A stretch of 64,000 nt of DNA from an uncultured Clostridia bacterium (GTDB lineage Bacteria > Bacillota > Clostridia > TANB77 > CAG-508), in the NCBI GenBank assembly GCA_947630235.1, contig CANRGN010000008.1, positions 491 through 64,490 of the forward strand. The letters are read 5' to 3'. The position numbers were made by a program, and so were the translations under genes. The first letter of the stretch is position 1. Every line of letters starts with the position of its first letter. The notes under the pieces are model-generated. The model did no database searches. It was given only the letters and a program-made list of their open reading frames with translations, and was not told the DNA's origin. This document shows, one piece after another, positions 40,466-50,926 of the stretch.

Positions 40466-43400
40466 TTATTTTAACTCATCATAATACTGTTTTAATTTTT
40501 CATAATGTTCAGCATCTTTAGTAGCAGCACCTTCAAAAATACATCCATAAGTTCCAAATTTTTCCAAATCAGCCATAGTTTTTGCTCCTTCAGTTCCCTT
40601 ATATGGTGAGCCATTTCTTACATAATTTCCAAAATCCATAACAGCATCTGCATAAGACTTCCAACATGTAAATCCGCCATCCATTCCAACAAAAGTAGTC
40701 TGATCCATATCTGGATATTGTTGTATATTAAATACTCTATATTTTAGGCTTCCATTATTTTTATAAGCTATACCACAAGTAGATTCTTGATGTGCTACAG
40801 CAAGTACTGCTAATGGATCTAAATCATATTTTGACTCTACCTCAATTAAAGCATTCATCATTTCATCGACATTAGCTAATTCTTCTTGGCTAAAGCCAAA
40901 TTTCTCACAAGCCTTTCTTATTATTTGTGGCTCTCTTTTTCCATTCTCTGAAGCACTAATTTCTCCACCATAAACTTTTTCTATATCTTTTGATGAAGTA
41001 TTAACTTCACTTCCATCTTCAATTTCCAAATATTCTTCAACATTTTCAATTACTGCATTATCTTTATCTTTCATTATAATTTTTATATTAGAATTACCAG
41101 TAACACCTAAAATAGTTCCAGCTTTTATATAAATTTCTCCATTATTTTCTTCCGCATCTTCTACATCAAGTTTTATTACAGAAGGAAGTTTTGCTTTCTT
41201 CTTTTCTTTTTGTTCTAATTTTTGTTTTGCACCTAAAGTATAATATTTTGGAGCTTCTCTTTCAGTATAATAATTCAAAGACAATGAATCTAAATCAACT
41301 GAATCTGAATCATCTTCATCATTGCTTGAAGTTTCCGAATCACTTGTATCTTCACTTGTAGTATTTGAATCATTTGTAGTATTTGTTGTGGTATTTGAAT
41401 CACTTGTAGTATTTGTTGTGGTATTTGAATCACTTGCATCATTACTTGTAGTATATGATGAACTTGAAAAATCCTCTCCATCAGTATTTTCATTAAATAA
41501 TTTTGCAAGAATAGTATTACTTAAGTCTTTTTCTAAAGCATTACCAGATTCTAATTCTCCAGTAAGATCTATCCCCTCTATATAAATTGTAAAGCTATCA
41601 CAAACTGATTTATGATTTGCATCATTATAATAGTCATCATAAAAAGCATTTAATCCTTCAGCTATATTTGATTTTTCAAGACTTTTAAATCTTTCTATAG
41701 TTTCCTTTCCTATTACTTCTAATTTTACATATCCTGTCGTATAAGATTTTCCAAAAGGACTTGACTCATCAATTTGCTTTTCATCTGCTAAAACACTTAT
41801 TGCATTGTATTTCTGTTCATCAACTATGATTTTCTTTACTTCCACTCCTTCTTCATTTTCAGCTTTAACATCATCATCATCATCTTTTTCTTCTCCTTCA
41901 TCATCTTCTTGAGTGTTTTGTTGTTCATCTGATTCGACTGAACTTGTATCTTCATTAGATATATAATATGTATCTAAAACAGATTCTTTAGTTTCATTAT
42001 TTACAGTAATAGTTCCTATTTCTAAAACTTTTGCTGTAGCAGGAGAAACAATTGGTTGATTTGGTTCAAATCCTTCAAATACTTTTTTAGAACTTGAAAT
42101 TTTTACTCCTGTAGGTACTATATCTGGTATAATAACACCTTTTATATAGTTTTTACTATCTAATGCTTCTAAATTACCTTCAGCGTATAAATGTCCATCT
42201 TCTATATAACTATAACCATTTCCACCTACTTGTGATATAACAACTTTTCCATCTGATTCTCCTAATATTACGATATAATGACCAAAATTAGTCATTTGTC
42301 CAGGTCCTACATTAGCAATTACTGGTTTTCCTTCTTCCCATGCTTGTCTAATTTTATTTAATATTTCATTATGTGGACTACTATAATCAGCTTTAGCTGG
42401 AACATCATGCTCTGTTAAACAAGCGACTAAAGATTCTGCATTTGTTTCAGCTCCAGGAAAATTAGCAGTTATCCACCCTCCAGTATCTTTAGGAGTAAGA
42501 TCTTGTCCATAACCACTTAATATAACTGCACAAGATGTTGCTCCACAAGCAGATGAACCCATGTTACCTTGTGAATAAGGAATACCTCCCCATTCATAAT
42601 AGCCTTGTTTATAATTTCTATATTCTATACCATTAATAGTTGTTATAGATTCACAATGCATATCAGGATCTTTTACTTCTTCATATTGTACATTTCCAGA
42701 ACTTTTTTTTGATCTAGAAGAAATAGCTAATTTATTTAATACATCATAGTTAATTTTTGCTTCACTTTCATTTTGATCCTCATCATTTTGATCTTCATCA
42801 TTTTTTGTAATTTCATCCATTTCTTTCATAACATTATCTATTAATTGTTCAACATCAATTTTCTCATTACTATATGTATCCTTTATATTTTCATATTCAC
42901 TTTTCTTTGAATTATCTATAGAAGTATCTTCTAATACCTCATTAATTACATTTATTAAATCATCTATTGAAGATAATTTAAAATTTAAAGTTTCTAATAA
43001 TCCTCCATCTTTAATTTCAAAATTACTTAATACATCATCATAAGATTGAACAATTTCAATATATTTTTCAATAATATCTTCCTTAGAATAAAGTTCAGAC
43101 TCTATATTAATTTCATCTAGAACATCATACATATCTTTTGAATGTATTAAAGTTCCATATTCAGAAGTTTTATCATATACTCTATTTGGCCAACCAGCAG
43201 AACCTGAATCTGGAAGTAGCCATTCTAAAATATCTTTAGCAGGTTCAACCAAATCCTCTGTATCAAAATAATCTAATTCTACCAATAATTCTTTTAAATC
43301 TCTATATGCGTATTCTGCATCTTCTGAAGGTGTATTTTCTAATATTGAAAATGCATTTAAACTTTCTAAAGTTAAATCTATTTTATCAATTAAACTAGGA

Positions 43401-46400
43401 TTTCTTGGATCATAAGTTTTTTCAGTATCTTCAGTAATTGTTAATCCATCATAGTTATCTGTTGTTATATTTGGACTAGCAATATCTGCAATTCCATCAT
43501 CATCAAAATCTCTTGCAAATTTATAAAGTGTATGAACAGTTCCTTTGAAATAATAATTTCGTAAAACTTTATTTAAATCTTCTTCATTATTTCCAAATAA
43601 ACTTATACATTCCTTCCAATCATTGTAAATATCATATGATCTTTGAACAGATCCATCATATTTATAATATTTTCTATTTTTAAACATATATTTTATTTTT
43701 GAATTAGTCATTCCTCTTTGAGCATCTCTAACTTGAGTTAAATTAAATACATTATGTAATCCAACATAATATTGTATTGTGCCTTCTTTTTCAGCTCCAC
43801 CATAATTATTAATAACATTACTTAAATAATATGGTGAATTTTCATTAATATCCATTTCTTGCCATTCCATTGATCCGCTATTTTCATTTAAACCATAAGT
43901 ATTCCAAGCAATCTCTTTAACTTTTTCTCCATCTTGATTTAACTTATCTATTGTTTTATTTATTGGAATTTTTACTAAAGAAATTCCATATTTTTCTAAT
44001 ATTTCATTAGCCTTTTTCTCTTTTGATGATTGAAGTTCTTCTTCAGTTTCTGCTTTCCATAGTGCATATGTAACTATTGCAGAAGAAGTATCACTTTCAC
44101 TATATTCATATTTTTTATCTAAAAATGTTTCAATATCTGCTCTTTCGGCATCAGTTAATCCTTTTTCACTTTGAAGATTATCTAAAAACACAGTTACCTC
44201 ATTTTCACTTTGGAATAAATCACCATTATTATTTATCCAAAATAAAGCATATTTATTTTGGTACATAATATATTTAGTCCAAAGTTCGCCAGTATTTTCT
44301 AATATTATATCATTATTCTCTATTACAGAGATATTATTTCCATATAATGGATGTTCTTCATAATATGGATACTCTTCTTCAGTTTCTTTTATAGCAGTAT
44401 CAGCCTCTTCTGGAATAACAAAATATGTATCTCTAAACCAACTATTTATAACCCTAGCTATATATGGAATTTCTGTTGAAAAATCATTATCATTAACAGA
44501 TAATAATGATTTTATAACATCATGTATATAGCCTTTACATTGAGAACAAACAACAACATCTTTTTTTACGTCTTCTAAACTTTTTCCATCTTTTTTTAAA
44601 TTAACAATTTGTTCATAACATGTTGTTATTTCATCTTTTCTTGATTGTATTTCATTAGCCTCGCTATTTGTCCATGATCTTGTAACACAAATCTGACCAT
44701 TGTTAGGAGTCATTTTTGAAAAATAAAAAGTAATATTATATTGTATAGATTCAGTAAAACCTGTATTTGGATCTTTATAATCATTATACCAACTATATAA
44801 ATCAATAGCACTCATGCAATTTACGTCATCACCTGGTATTTGAGCTATATTAACAATTGAGGGATCAAACATAGAATCTCCACCTTCTTTATCCCATTCT
44901 ACTTGAAAACCTCTTGTCCATTTATTCCAAAATGTTGTACAAAAATCGCAATTACAATCAAATGTATTTAAATGCTCGCCCCTGCTAAAATTATCACTAA
45001 ACTCGTAAACACATGTAGTACCAACATTTTCTAATTCCAAATAATCATTATTTTCATTCCAATAATATACTGCTGCGCTAAGATCACTTGAATCTGGCTC
45101 TACATAATTTTTAAATTCAGTTCTACCAGAATAATCGAAGAAATTACTCATAAAATAATCATCATACCCAATATTATCTTGACTAACTTTAATATTATCT
45201 TGTAATTGTACATAAAGTCCATAATATCCTAGATCAACTGAACCACCATTATTTGCCCATTTGCCACCAAATTTAATAATATCATAAGGATTCTCAGCAT
45301 TATTTACTAAAGATTTAATAGAACATTTATCATCATCTTCTAAATGAACTTTACTGTAAAAATCATCTTTATTAAAATTATATCTACCATCTAATTGATC
45401 AACAAATTGTTTTACTACTTCTGCCATATTGTATGAAACAGTATTTAAAGCATTTGTAGAATTATCATAATCTAAAATATAATTAGGTACATTGTTTTCA
45501 ATATATTCATTTAAATTACTTATAGAATTTAAACCATCATCAAAGCCTCCAGAAAAATTATTGGTATCACCAGATGGTAAAACATGATTTGGTATTCCAG
45601 CTCTATAACCATTTGTACAATATTTATGACCAGCCATTTCTGTATCATAAAAGAACTCTACAGCTTCATTATTACTTATCCACCATGAAGCAATATCTAA
45701 ACCTTCATCATTTGCATTAATTCCTACACTTGGTAAATCTTTTACAGTAAGACCAACATCATCATCTGAAATATCTTGACCATCTTTTAATCCATATACA
45801 CTAGAAACAGTATCTACAACTTTTGCTTCTGCCCATGAAATATCCTCCTTGTTCTTTTCATCTTCATTAGATACTTTATCTAAATAAACTTGAACTTCAG
45901 TATCAAAAGTTTCAACCATTTGCTCTACAAGATCTGGAGATAATGTTGCTAAATGAAGAGAGATAAGGAAATCTTCAGATAGACCATATCTACCAGTCCA
46001 ACCATCTAAATCAAATTTCATTTCATTATTATCAGAACCATCTACTATTAAAGTTCTACTACCATCTGAACCTTGTGCCACCTCAATATTAGTACCATCA
46101 TAAGCTTCAGTTGCTTTAAAGTTTTCAGCATGATATAAATTTATTAACCCCTTTGACCAAGCATTTGCTTCTTCTTCATCTCCATAAAATAAATCATGAA
46201 ACCAATTTACTATATTATTATTTTTATCATAATTTCTAATAACAAAAATTCTATTATTTGAAATAGCATATTTTCTAAGTAGACTAGAATCTACTTTTTC
46301 AAAAGAAGTAATTTTACCAGAAGAATCATATTGGATTCCATATTTGGTATAATCAGAATTATTTTCTCCATCATCAGATATATATTGAATCTTTTCACCT

Positions 46401-46990
46401 GTTTTTCCATTATAAGATATTCCATCTTTATAAATAAAAGTATTATCATAATATGTTCCATTTTTTACGTATTTTACTGTTCCTGTTTCAGAATCTATTT
46501 CCACTGTATATCCATCATTTTCAAGAGATTCTGATGTTGCAATATAGCCTTCATCTCTAGGTGTTATAAAGCCAAATCCAATTAAATCATAACCCATATC
46601 TGCTATATAATTTCCCATTTCAACTATATCTTCATCTTTAACATTAACCATTGCTTCTGATGTGTATAATTTTTTCCACCAATCACTAATTCCATTAAAA
46701 AAACCAGTTAATTTTCCTTTCATTAAACCAGGAACAGTTATAAAGAAGCCTACTATTCCTACAATAGCTATAAATATAAATACAACTACTATTGCACCTA
46801 CTATATATGGAATTAGAGGTCCTAATGAAGTTATAGCTTTAGTAACAACTTTTTCTTTTACTCCATTTTTTGTAGCTTGTTGTATAGTTTTTTTAGCGAT
46901 ATTTTCTCCAGTTCTTGCTATATTACTTTTTTCTTGTTGAAGTTCTTGTTTGTTATTTTCTATCATTTGATCTGTTTCATTATCATTCAT
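40466..46990 (-). CDS. giant (about 2174 aa) membrane-anchored multi-domain protein with C39-like cysteine peptidase, M23/lipoyl-like and muramidase-like modules
   Basis: Start chosen at the ATG after AGGAGG (46990). There is one N-terminal TM (LIPYIVGAIVVVFIFIAIVGIVGFFI). Papain/C39-like block: GSSACGATSCAVILSGYG...GHYIVILGE. An M23/barrel-sandwich-like block lies around PIVSPATAKVLEIG...GTILGVTGNSNIKII. The C-terminal block DPLAVLAVAHQESTCG resembles the catalytic Glu region of glucosaminidase/lytic transglycosylase. T/S/N/D-rich 10-aa repeats occur at 41361..41440. Confidence 0.6.
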   Translation of the reverse strand: MNDNETDQMIENNKQELQQEKSNIARTGENIAKKTIQQATKNGVKEKVVTKAITSLGPLIPYIVGAIVVVFIFIAIVGIVGFFITVPGLMKGKLTGFFNGISDWWKKLYTSEAMVNVKDEDIVEMGNYIADMGYDLIGFGFITPRDEGYIATSESLENDGYTVEIDSETGTVKYVKNGTYYDNTFIYKDGISYNGKTGEKIQYISDDGENNSDYTKYGIQYDSSGKITSFEKVDSSLLRKYAISNNRIFVIRNYDKNNNIVNWFHDLFYGDEEEANAWSKGLINLYHAENFKATEAYDGTNIEVAQGSDGSRTLIVDGSDNNEMKFDLDGWTGRYGLSEDFLISLHLATLSPDLVEQMVETFDTEVQVYLDKVSNEDEKNKEDISWAEAKVVDTVSSVYGLKDGQDISDDDVGLTVKDLPSVGINANDEGLDIASWWISNNEAVEFFYDTEMAGHKYCTNGYRAGIPNHVLPSGDTNNFSGGFDDGLNSISNLNEYIENNVPNYILDYDNSTNALNTVSYNMAEVVKQFVDQLDGRYNFNKDDFYSKVHLEDDDKCSIKSLVNNAENPYDIIKFGGKWANNGGSVDLGYYGLYVQLQDNIKVSQDNIGYDDYFMSNFFDYSGRTEFKNYVEPDSSDLSAAVYYWNENNDYLELENVGTTCVYEFSDNFSRGEHLNTFDCNCDFCTTFWNKWTRGFQVEWDKEGGDSMFDPSIVNIAQIPGDDVNCMSAIDLYSWYNDYKDPNTGFTESIQYNITFYFSKMTPNNGQICVTRSWTNSEANEIQSRKDEITTCYEQIVNLKKDGKSLEDVKKDVVVCSQCKGYIHDVIKSLLSVNDNDFSTEIPYIARVINSWFRDTYFVIPEEADTAIKETEEEYPYYEEHPLYGNNISVIENNDIILENTGELWTKYIMYQNKYALFWINNNGDLFQSENEVTVFLDNLQSEKGLTDAERADIETFLDKKYEYSESDTSSAIVTYALWKAETEEELQSSKEKKANEILEKYGISLVKIPINKTIDKLNQDGEKVKEIAWNTYGLNENSGSMEWQEMDINENSPYYLSNVINNYGGAEKEGTIQYYVGLHNVFNLTQVRDAQRGMTNSKIKYMFKNRKYYKYDGSVQRSYDIYNDWKECISLFGNNEEDLNKVLRNYYFKGTVHTLYKFARDFDDDGIADIASPNITTDNYDGLTITEDTEKTYDPRNPSLIDKIDLTLESLNAFSILENTPSEDAEYAYRDLKELLVELDYFDTEDLVEPAKDILEWLLPDSGSAGWPNRVYDKTSEYGTLIHSKDMYDVLDEINIESELYSKEDIIEKYIEIVQSYDDVLSNFEIKDGGLLETLNFKLSSIDDLINVINEVLEDTSIDNSKKSEYENIKDTYSNEKIDVEQLIDNVMKEMDEITKNDEDQNDEDQNESEAKINYDVLNKLAISSRSKKSSGNVQYEEVKDPDMHCESITTINGIEYRNYKQGYYEWGGIPYSQGNMGSSACGATSCAVILSGYGQDLTPKDTGGWITANFPGAETNAESLVACLTEHDVPAKADYSSPHNEILNKIRQAWEEGKPVIANVGPGQMTNFGHYIVILGESDGKVVISQVGGNGYSYIEDGHLYAEGNLEALDSKNYIKGVIIPDIVPTGVKISSSKKVFEGFEPNQPIVSPATAKVLEIGTITVNNETKESVLDTYYISNEDTSSVESDEQQNTQEDDEGEEKDDDDDVKAENEEGVEVKKIIVDEQKYNAISVLADEKQIDESSPFGKSYTTGYVKLEVIGKETIERFKSLEKSNIAEGLNAFYDDYYNDANHKSVCDSFTIYIEGIDLTGELESGNALEKDLSNTILAKLFNENTDGEDFSSSSYTTSNDASDSNTTTNTTSDSNTTTNTTNDSNTTSEDTSDSETSSNDEDDSDSVDLDSLSLNYYTEREAPKYYTLGAKQKLEQKEKKKAKLPSVIKLDVEDAEENNGEIYIKAGTILGVTGNSNIKIIMKDKDNAVIENVEEYLEIEDGSEVNTSSKDIEKVYGGEISASENGKREPQIIRKACEKFGFSQEELANVDEMMNALIEVESKYDLDPLAVLAVAHQESTCGIAYKNNGSLKYRVFNIQQYPDMDQTTFVGMDGGFTCWKSYADAVMDFGNYVRNGSPYKGTEGAKTMADLEKFGTYGCIFEGAATKDAEHYEKLKQYYDELK

Positions 46991-47009
46991 AAACCAACCT
47001 CCTATCAAA

Positions 47010-47924
47010 CTAAAATCCCATAGTCATACTAAATTTATCTATTTCTTCATTATTTTCATCTACTACTCTAATTGACGAAAAAATTACAGACTGAGTTGTT
47101 TTTCCATTATCAAAGCTCTTTGAAAAGCTAGGTATTATATCATAAGATTCATGTGGGTCTAAAATAATTTCATCTGTATTAAGATTGGATCTAGATTCAT
47201 TTCCAAGATCTATTAAAACTTCAGTATTTTCAACTTCATTATTTTGAATAATTATTTTATAATCAGATCTATTTGTTAATTTTATTTTGTATTCTTCAAA
47301 TTCATAAAATGTAATTTTTTCATTTACATCTACTTTTAAATATTTATTCTCTTGAACACATTGAACTTCATTTTTATCAATAAATCCTCCAACAGAAAAT
47401 ACTATTTTTTTATTCTCATCATAACTTGCAATTATCTTTTCATCAATATAACGATAGGTACTATTAGTAATACCAGTAGCAAGAAAATCATCAAATAATT
47501 TTACTGAATAAATATATTTACCATTATATAAAGAATAACTTTGCAAAGCATATTCTTTATGAGTTGCAAATCTTTTCTTTATATAATTTTCATAATCTGT
47601 ATATGTACCAAAATAATTTTCCTTGCAATCATCAGATATCATTTCATAAGCTTTATTATATTCACCTAAATTACAGTAACTAATATATTCATCAATAAAA
47701 TCTTCTACTGATTTTTGAACTTTTTTAGGAACAGTATCTGTATCACCCATTATAGGAACATTAGGCTTGTAAGTAGTTTTTGGAGTTTTATTTTTATTCA
47801 ATTCTCCAGCAAATTTATTTACAACTAATATTATAGAAAATATTACAAAAACAATAATAATTGTTTTTCCATATTTTCTAAAGAATCTTCTAATTTTTAA
47901 TTCTATATCAGCTTTTAATCTCAT
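47010..47924 (-). CDS. hypothetical N-terminally anchored protein (paralogous N-domain with the next gene)
   Basis: One TM, then the motif KAYEMISDDCKENYFGTYTDYENYIKKRF, shared with 47934..48500 (KAYRVLNDDFKNNYFNTQKSFEEYIKKYF). Confidence 0.5.
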   Translation of the reverse strand: MRLKADIELKIRRFFRKYGKTIIIVFVIFSIILVVNKFAGELNKNKTPKTTYKPNVPIMGDTDTVPKKVQKSVEDFIDEYISYCNLGEYNKAYEMISDDCKENYFGTYTDYENYIKKRFATHKEYALQSYSLYNGKYIYSVKLFDDFLATGITNSTYRYIDEKIIASYDENKKIVFSVGGFIDKNEVQCVQENKYLKVDVNEKITFYEFEEYKIKLTNRSDYKIIIQNNEVENTEVLIDLGNESRSNLNTDEIILDPHESYDIIPSFSKSFDNGKTTQSVIFSSIRVVDENNEEIDKFSMTMGF

Positions 47925-47933
47925 ATCCCCCTC

Positions 47934-48500
47934 CTAATCTTCTGTTTCTTCAGAATATTTTTCCATTGCACTATCAACACTAAAAGATAATTCATAATCA
48001 TTTAAATCATTTTCTTTTACTACAATATAGCATTGAAAGTTATTAGGATCACTAGATAATATATCTTTTACATCAACTACTAAAACATATATTTCTCCTA
48101 ATCTTTCTATATTTTCATAATCTATAGAAGTTTCTTTAGGAAAATATTTTTTTATATATTCTTCAAAAGATTTTTGAGTATTAAAGTAATTATTTTTAAA
48201 ATCATCATTTAAAACTCTATATGCTTTACTTATATTTCTGGCCTCTAAAGCTTTTATAAATTGAGAAGCATAATATTCAATTCTTTTTTGTTCAGATAAA
48301 CCTGAAAGAGTTTGTTTTATAGAATCATTTATATCAGAATTTGCTTTTTTTTCCATTTCAACAGTTGTTTTTACAGTAACAGCATCACCAGTTTTATATT
48401 TATCATTATTATTCTTTAAAGAAAATAACATTATTATAAAAACTAATAATATTAATATGAATATGAAAATTAATAATAAAAATTTTATGTTTTTCTTCAT
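47934..48500 (-). CDS. hypothetical N-terminally anchored protein
   Basis: ATG at 48500 follows the RBS AGAGGAG (the track start at 48506 is a TTG). One TM, and a domain shared with 47010..47924. Confidence 0.5.
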   Translation of the reverse strand: MKKNIKFLLLIFIFILILLVFIIMLFSLKNNNDKYKTGDAVTVKTTVEMEKKANSDINDSIKQTLSGLSEQKRIEYYASQFIKALEARNISKAYRVLNDDFKNNYFNTQKSFEEYIKKYFPKETSIDYENIERLGEIYVLVVDVKDILSSDPNNFQCYIVVKENDLNDYELSFSVDSAMEKYSEETED

Positions 48501-48587
48501 ATACAACTCCTCTTAAAAATATCTCTATTTATATTTTAACATTTTTTGACAAGTTTTTTCAATAGTTTTAAGCAATAAAACCCAGAA

Positions 48588-49493
48588 TTATTCAATTGTT
48601 GCTCCTATTATTCCTGCATTATTTTTATATTTTGCTATAACAAAATCTGGAAGTGGTTTTCCATTAAAAGTTGAATTTTCCTCATGTAATTTCTCATATA
48701 ATTTATCTAAAACAGGATTTCCTTCATAATATGAAAAACTACCACCAAAACACACTGCTTGTGGTTCAAAAATGTCTATTAAATTACAGATTCCAACTTT
48801 CATATATTCTAAAAATACATCAATATCTTCTTTTACACCTGGATGATCTTTTATTAGTAGTTGTTCTCTTAAATATTGACCTGATATATCGTTATCTACA
48901 TCTAAAGTTTCTGTTACTTTCATTTTTAATGCTTTTATTGAACTATAAGCTTCAAAACATCCTTTTTTTCCACATGAGCAAGCTCTTCCACCTCTATTTA
49001 CTACCATATGCCCAATTTCAAATCCTGAATATCTTTTTGGTTCAAGAAGTTTATTATTTAAAAATACAGCACCACCTATTCCTGTACCTATTGATAGAAA
49101 AACAGAATCTTCATAATCTTTTATTGCTCCATATTTTTTTTCTGCAAGTCCAGCACATTTTGCATCATTTCTTATTATCATATTCATTCCTAGTTTATTC
49201 TTAAGTATTTTTACAATTTCAAAATCGTATATATTTAAATTACTAGCTCTAACAATTTTACCATTAGAAATTGTTCCAGGAGATGCAATTCCAACTAATT
49301 CTATTTCTTCTTTTTTTATATAATTTTCTACTAAAAGTTCTATAATCATTCTTTCAATTTCATTTAATATACAATTTTCTATATTTTTTCTATCTTCTCT
49401 ATTAAAAATTTTATCTTTTATTGCTATTATTTTATCTTTATCTACTAAGCCAATTCCTATATGGCTTCCACCTAAATCTATTCCTATTTTCAT
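48588..49493 (-). CDS. ROK-family sugar kinase (glucokinase-like)
   Basis: MKIGIDLGGSHIGIGLV, ROK signature region, and Zn-binding cluster GHMVV...CSCGKKGCFEAY. Confidence 0.8.
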   Translation of the reverse strand: MKIGIDLGGSHIGIGLVDKDKIIAIKDKIFNREDRKNIENCILNEIERMIIELLVENYIKKEEIELVGIASPGTISNGKIVRASNLNIYDFEIVKILKNKLGMNMIIRNDAKCAGLAEKKYGAIKDYEDSVFLSIGTGIGGAVFLNNKLLEPKRYSGFEIGHMVVNRGGRACSCGKKGCFEAYSSIKALKMKVTETLDVDNDISGQYLREQLLIKDHPGVKEDIDVFLEYMKVGICNLIDIFEPQAVCFGGSFSYYEGNPVLDKLYEKLHEENSTFNGKPLPDFVIAKYKNNAGIIGATIE

Positions 49494-49504
49494 ATTAACC
49501 TCCT

Positions 49505-49537
49505 AAAACTAAAAGGCGACCTTTGGTCGCCTTTTTT
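49505..49537 (-). terminator. rho-independent terminator ending the pilus operon
   Basis: Stem GGCGACC / GGTCGCC (49515-49521 / 49525-49531), with a T-run on the minus strand (TTTTAGTTTT). Confidence 0.8.
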
Positions 49538-49547
49538 AATAAATATT

Positions 49548-50900
49548 TTATACATCGTATGCAGAAAATAACCATCCACCCATGTATACTTGAATTGCTG
49601 GAACTAGAACCGCACATGTAAAGAATATTAAAACTACACCAACAAACATGTATGATACTTCAGGTAAGGCCTTTGTTATTTTTTGAAGAGTATTATCAAT
49701 ATCTATATCCATATACTCTAATAATTTACCAAGCATTTCTGTTAAATCTGTTTGCATACCAATTTTAAGCATTTCTGTAGTCATTGCTGAAGAAAAATTT
49801 CCTTCTTCAAAAGGTGTTATCCAAGATTTACCAATAAAAACATTATTTATTGCAGTTTCAACCATAGCTAGCATAACTGTATTTTTAACAACATTTTTAC
49901 TAACCTCAAGTGCATCTTGAATTCTCATTCCATTTTCTAGGTTTAAGTAAACACCTTGCATTAATCTTGAATAATCTAATAAATATAATAATTTACCAAA
50001 AATTGGCATCGTATATTTAAATCTATCAAATTTATATCTACCATATGCTGTTGATATCCACTGCCTAACTCCTAAAAAGGCGAGGACAATTATTCCTACC
50101 GGAACATACCAATGGGCTTTTAACCATTCGCAAACAGCAAATGTAACCATTGTTACTTTAGGAAGGCTATCTGTAGAACCAACTTCTTCAAATACACCAG
50201 TAAGCATTGGAACACCAATAATTGTACCTAAAAAAGTAAGTACTAATAATCCAACAAACATTGTTACATTTGGAAGTAATATTCTTTTTACTTTCTTTTT
50301 CAAAGCTTCACTACTTTCCAAATAATCAACAGCTTCTTGCATTGAATTTTCTAAAGAACCAGATAATTCTCCAACTTTTACCATGTTTATGTATATATAT
50401 GGAAATACTGTATCATAATATTCCATTGTAGTATACATATACTCTCCAGCTTCAACACCTGCTAATATATCTTCTATAATAGCTTTAAATCTAGGGTTTT
50501 CTGTTGTTTGAGCAACTGTAGTTAATGCATGAATATTATTGAAATTTGCCTTTTTTAATAAATAGAAATTTTGAGAAAAAACTCTTATATCTCTAGCTGT
50601 TATCTTTTGATTTGCATGCAGGTTTTTATCTAATTGTTCTATAAAAGTGCCTTTTCTATCTTGTTTTCTTTTAAGCATTGCTGAAACTGTTTCTTCATGG
50701 ATTACTTGAGTTCTAGATCTTAAATTCCTTGCAGCTTTACTTTTATCATCAATTTTTAAACTATAAATTTTTCTAACAGATATAGGAACTAAATTATTTC
50801 TTTTTATTTTTTCAATACATTTTTCCTTATTCGGTGCTGTTATAGTATTTTTTACTTTGTATCCTTGTGGATGCATTGCTGTAAATTTATATGCTGGCAT
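49548..50900 (-). CDS. pilC: type IV pilus platform protein PilC (GspF family)
   Basis: Two GspF-type repeats, three or more TM segments, and a position next to pilT/pilB. Confidence 0.85.
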   Translation of the reverse strand: MPAYKFTAMHPQGYKVKNTITAPNKEKCIEKIKRNNLVPISVRKIYSLKIDDKSKAARNLRSRTQVIHEETVSAMLKRKQDRKGTFIEQLDKNLHANQKITARDIRVFSQNFYLLKKANFNNIHALTTVAQTTENPRFKAIIEDILAGVEAGEYMYTTMEYYDTVFPYIYINMVKVGELSGSLENSMQEAVDYLESSEALKKKVKRILLPNVTMFVGLLVLTFLGTIIGVPMLTGVFEEVGSTDSLPKVTMVTFAVCEWLKAHWYVPVGIIVLAFLGVRQWISTAYGRYKFDRFKYTMPIFGKLLYLLDYSRLMQGVYLNLENGMRIQDALEVSKNVVKNTVMLAMVETAINNVFIGKSWITPFEEGNFSSAMTTEMLKIGMQTDLTEMLGKLLEYMDIDIDNTLQKITKALPEVSYMFVGVVLIFFTCAVLVPAIQVYMGGWLFSAYDV

Positions 50901-50926
50901 ATTTCCCTCCTTTTTTTATTTTATTT

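Noticed and set aside
41290-41585. Alternative-frame ORFs inside repeat or low-complexity coding regions (41290..41508, 41322..41585, 56715..56900, 56801..56995, 57534..57731, 62253..62435, 62464..63018, 62558..62914).
   Set aside because: They arise because trinucleotide and short tandem repeats stay open in several frames. The long frames with signal, TM and domain context explain the sequence.
40466-48506. The giant hydrolase-like gene plus its small anchored neighbours, considered as part of a conjugative element or ICE.
   Set aside because: The window contains no relaxase, coupling protein, VirB4-like ATPase, integrase, or flanking tRNA or repeats. The composition looks like the rest of the window.
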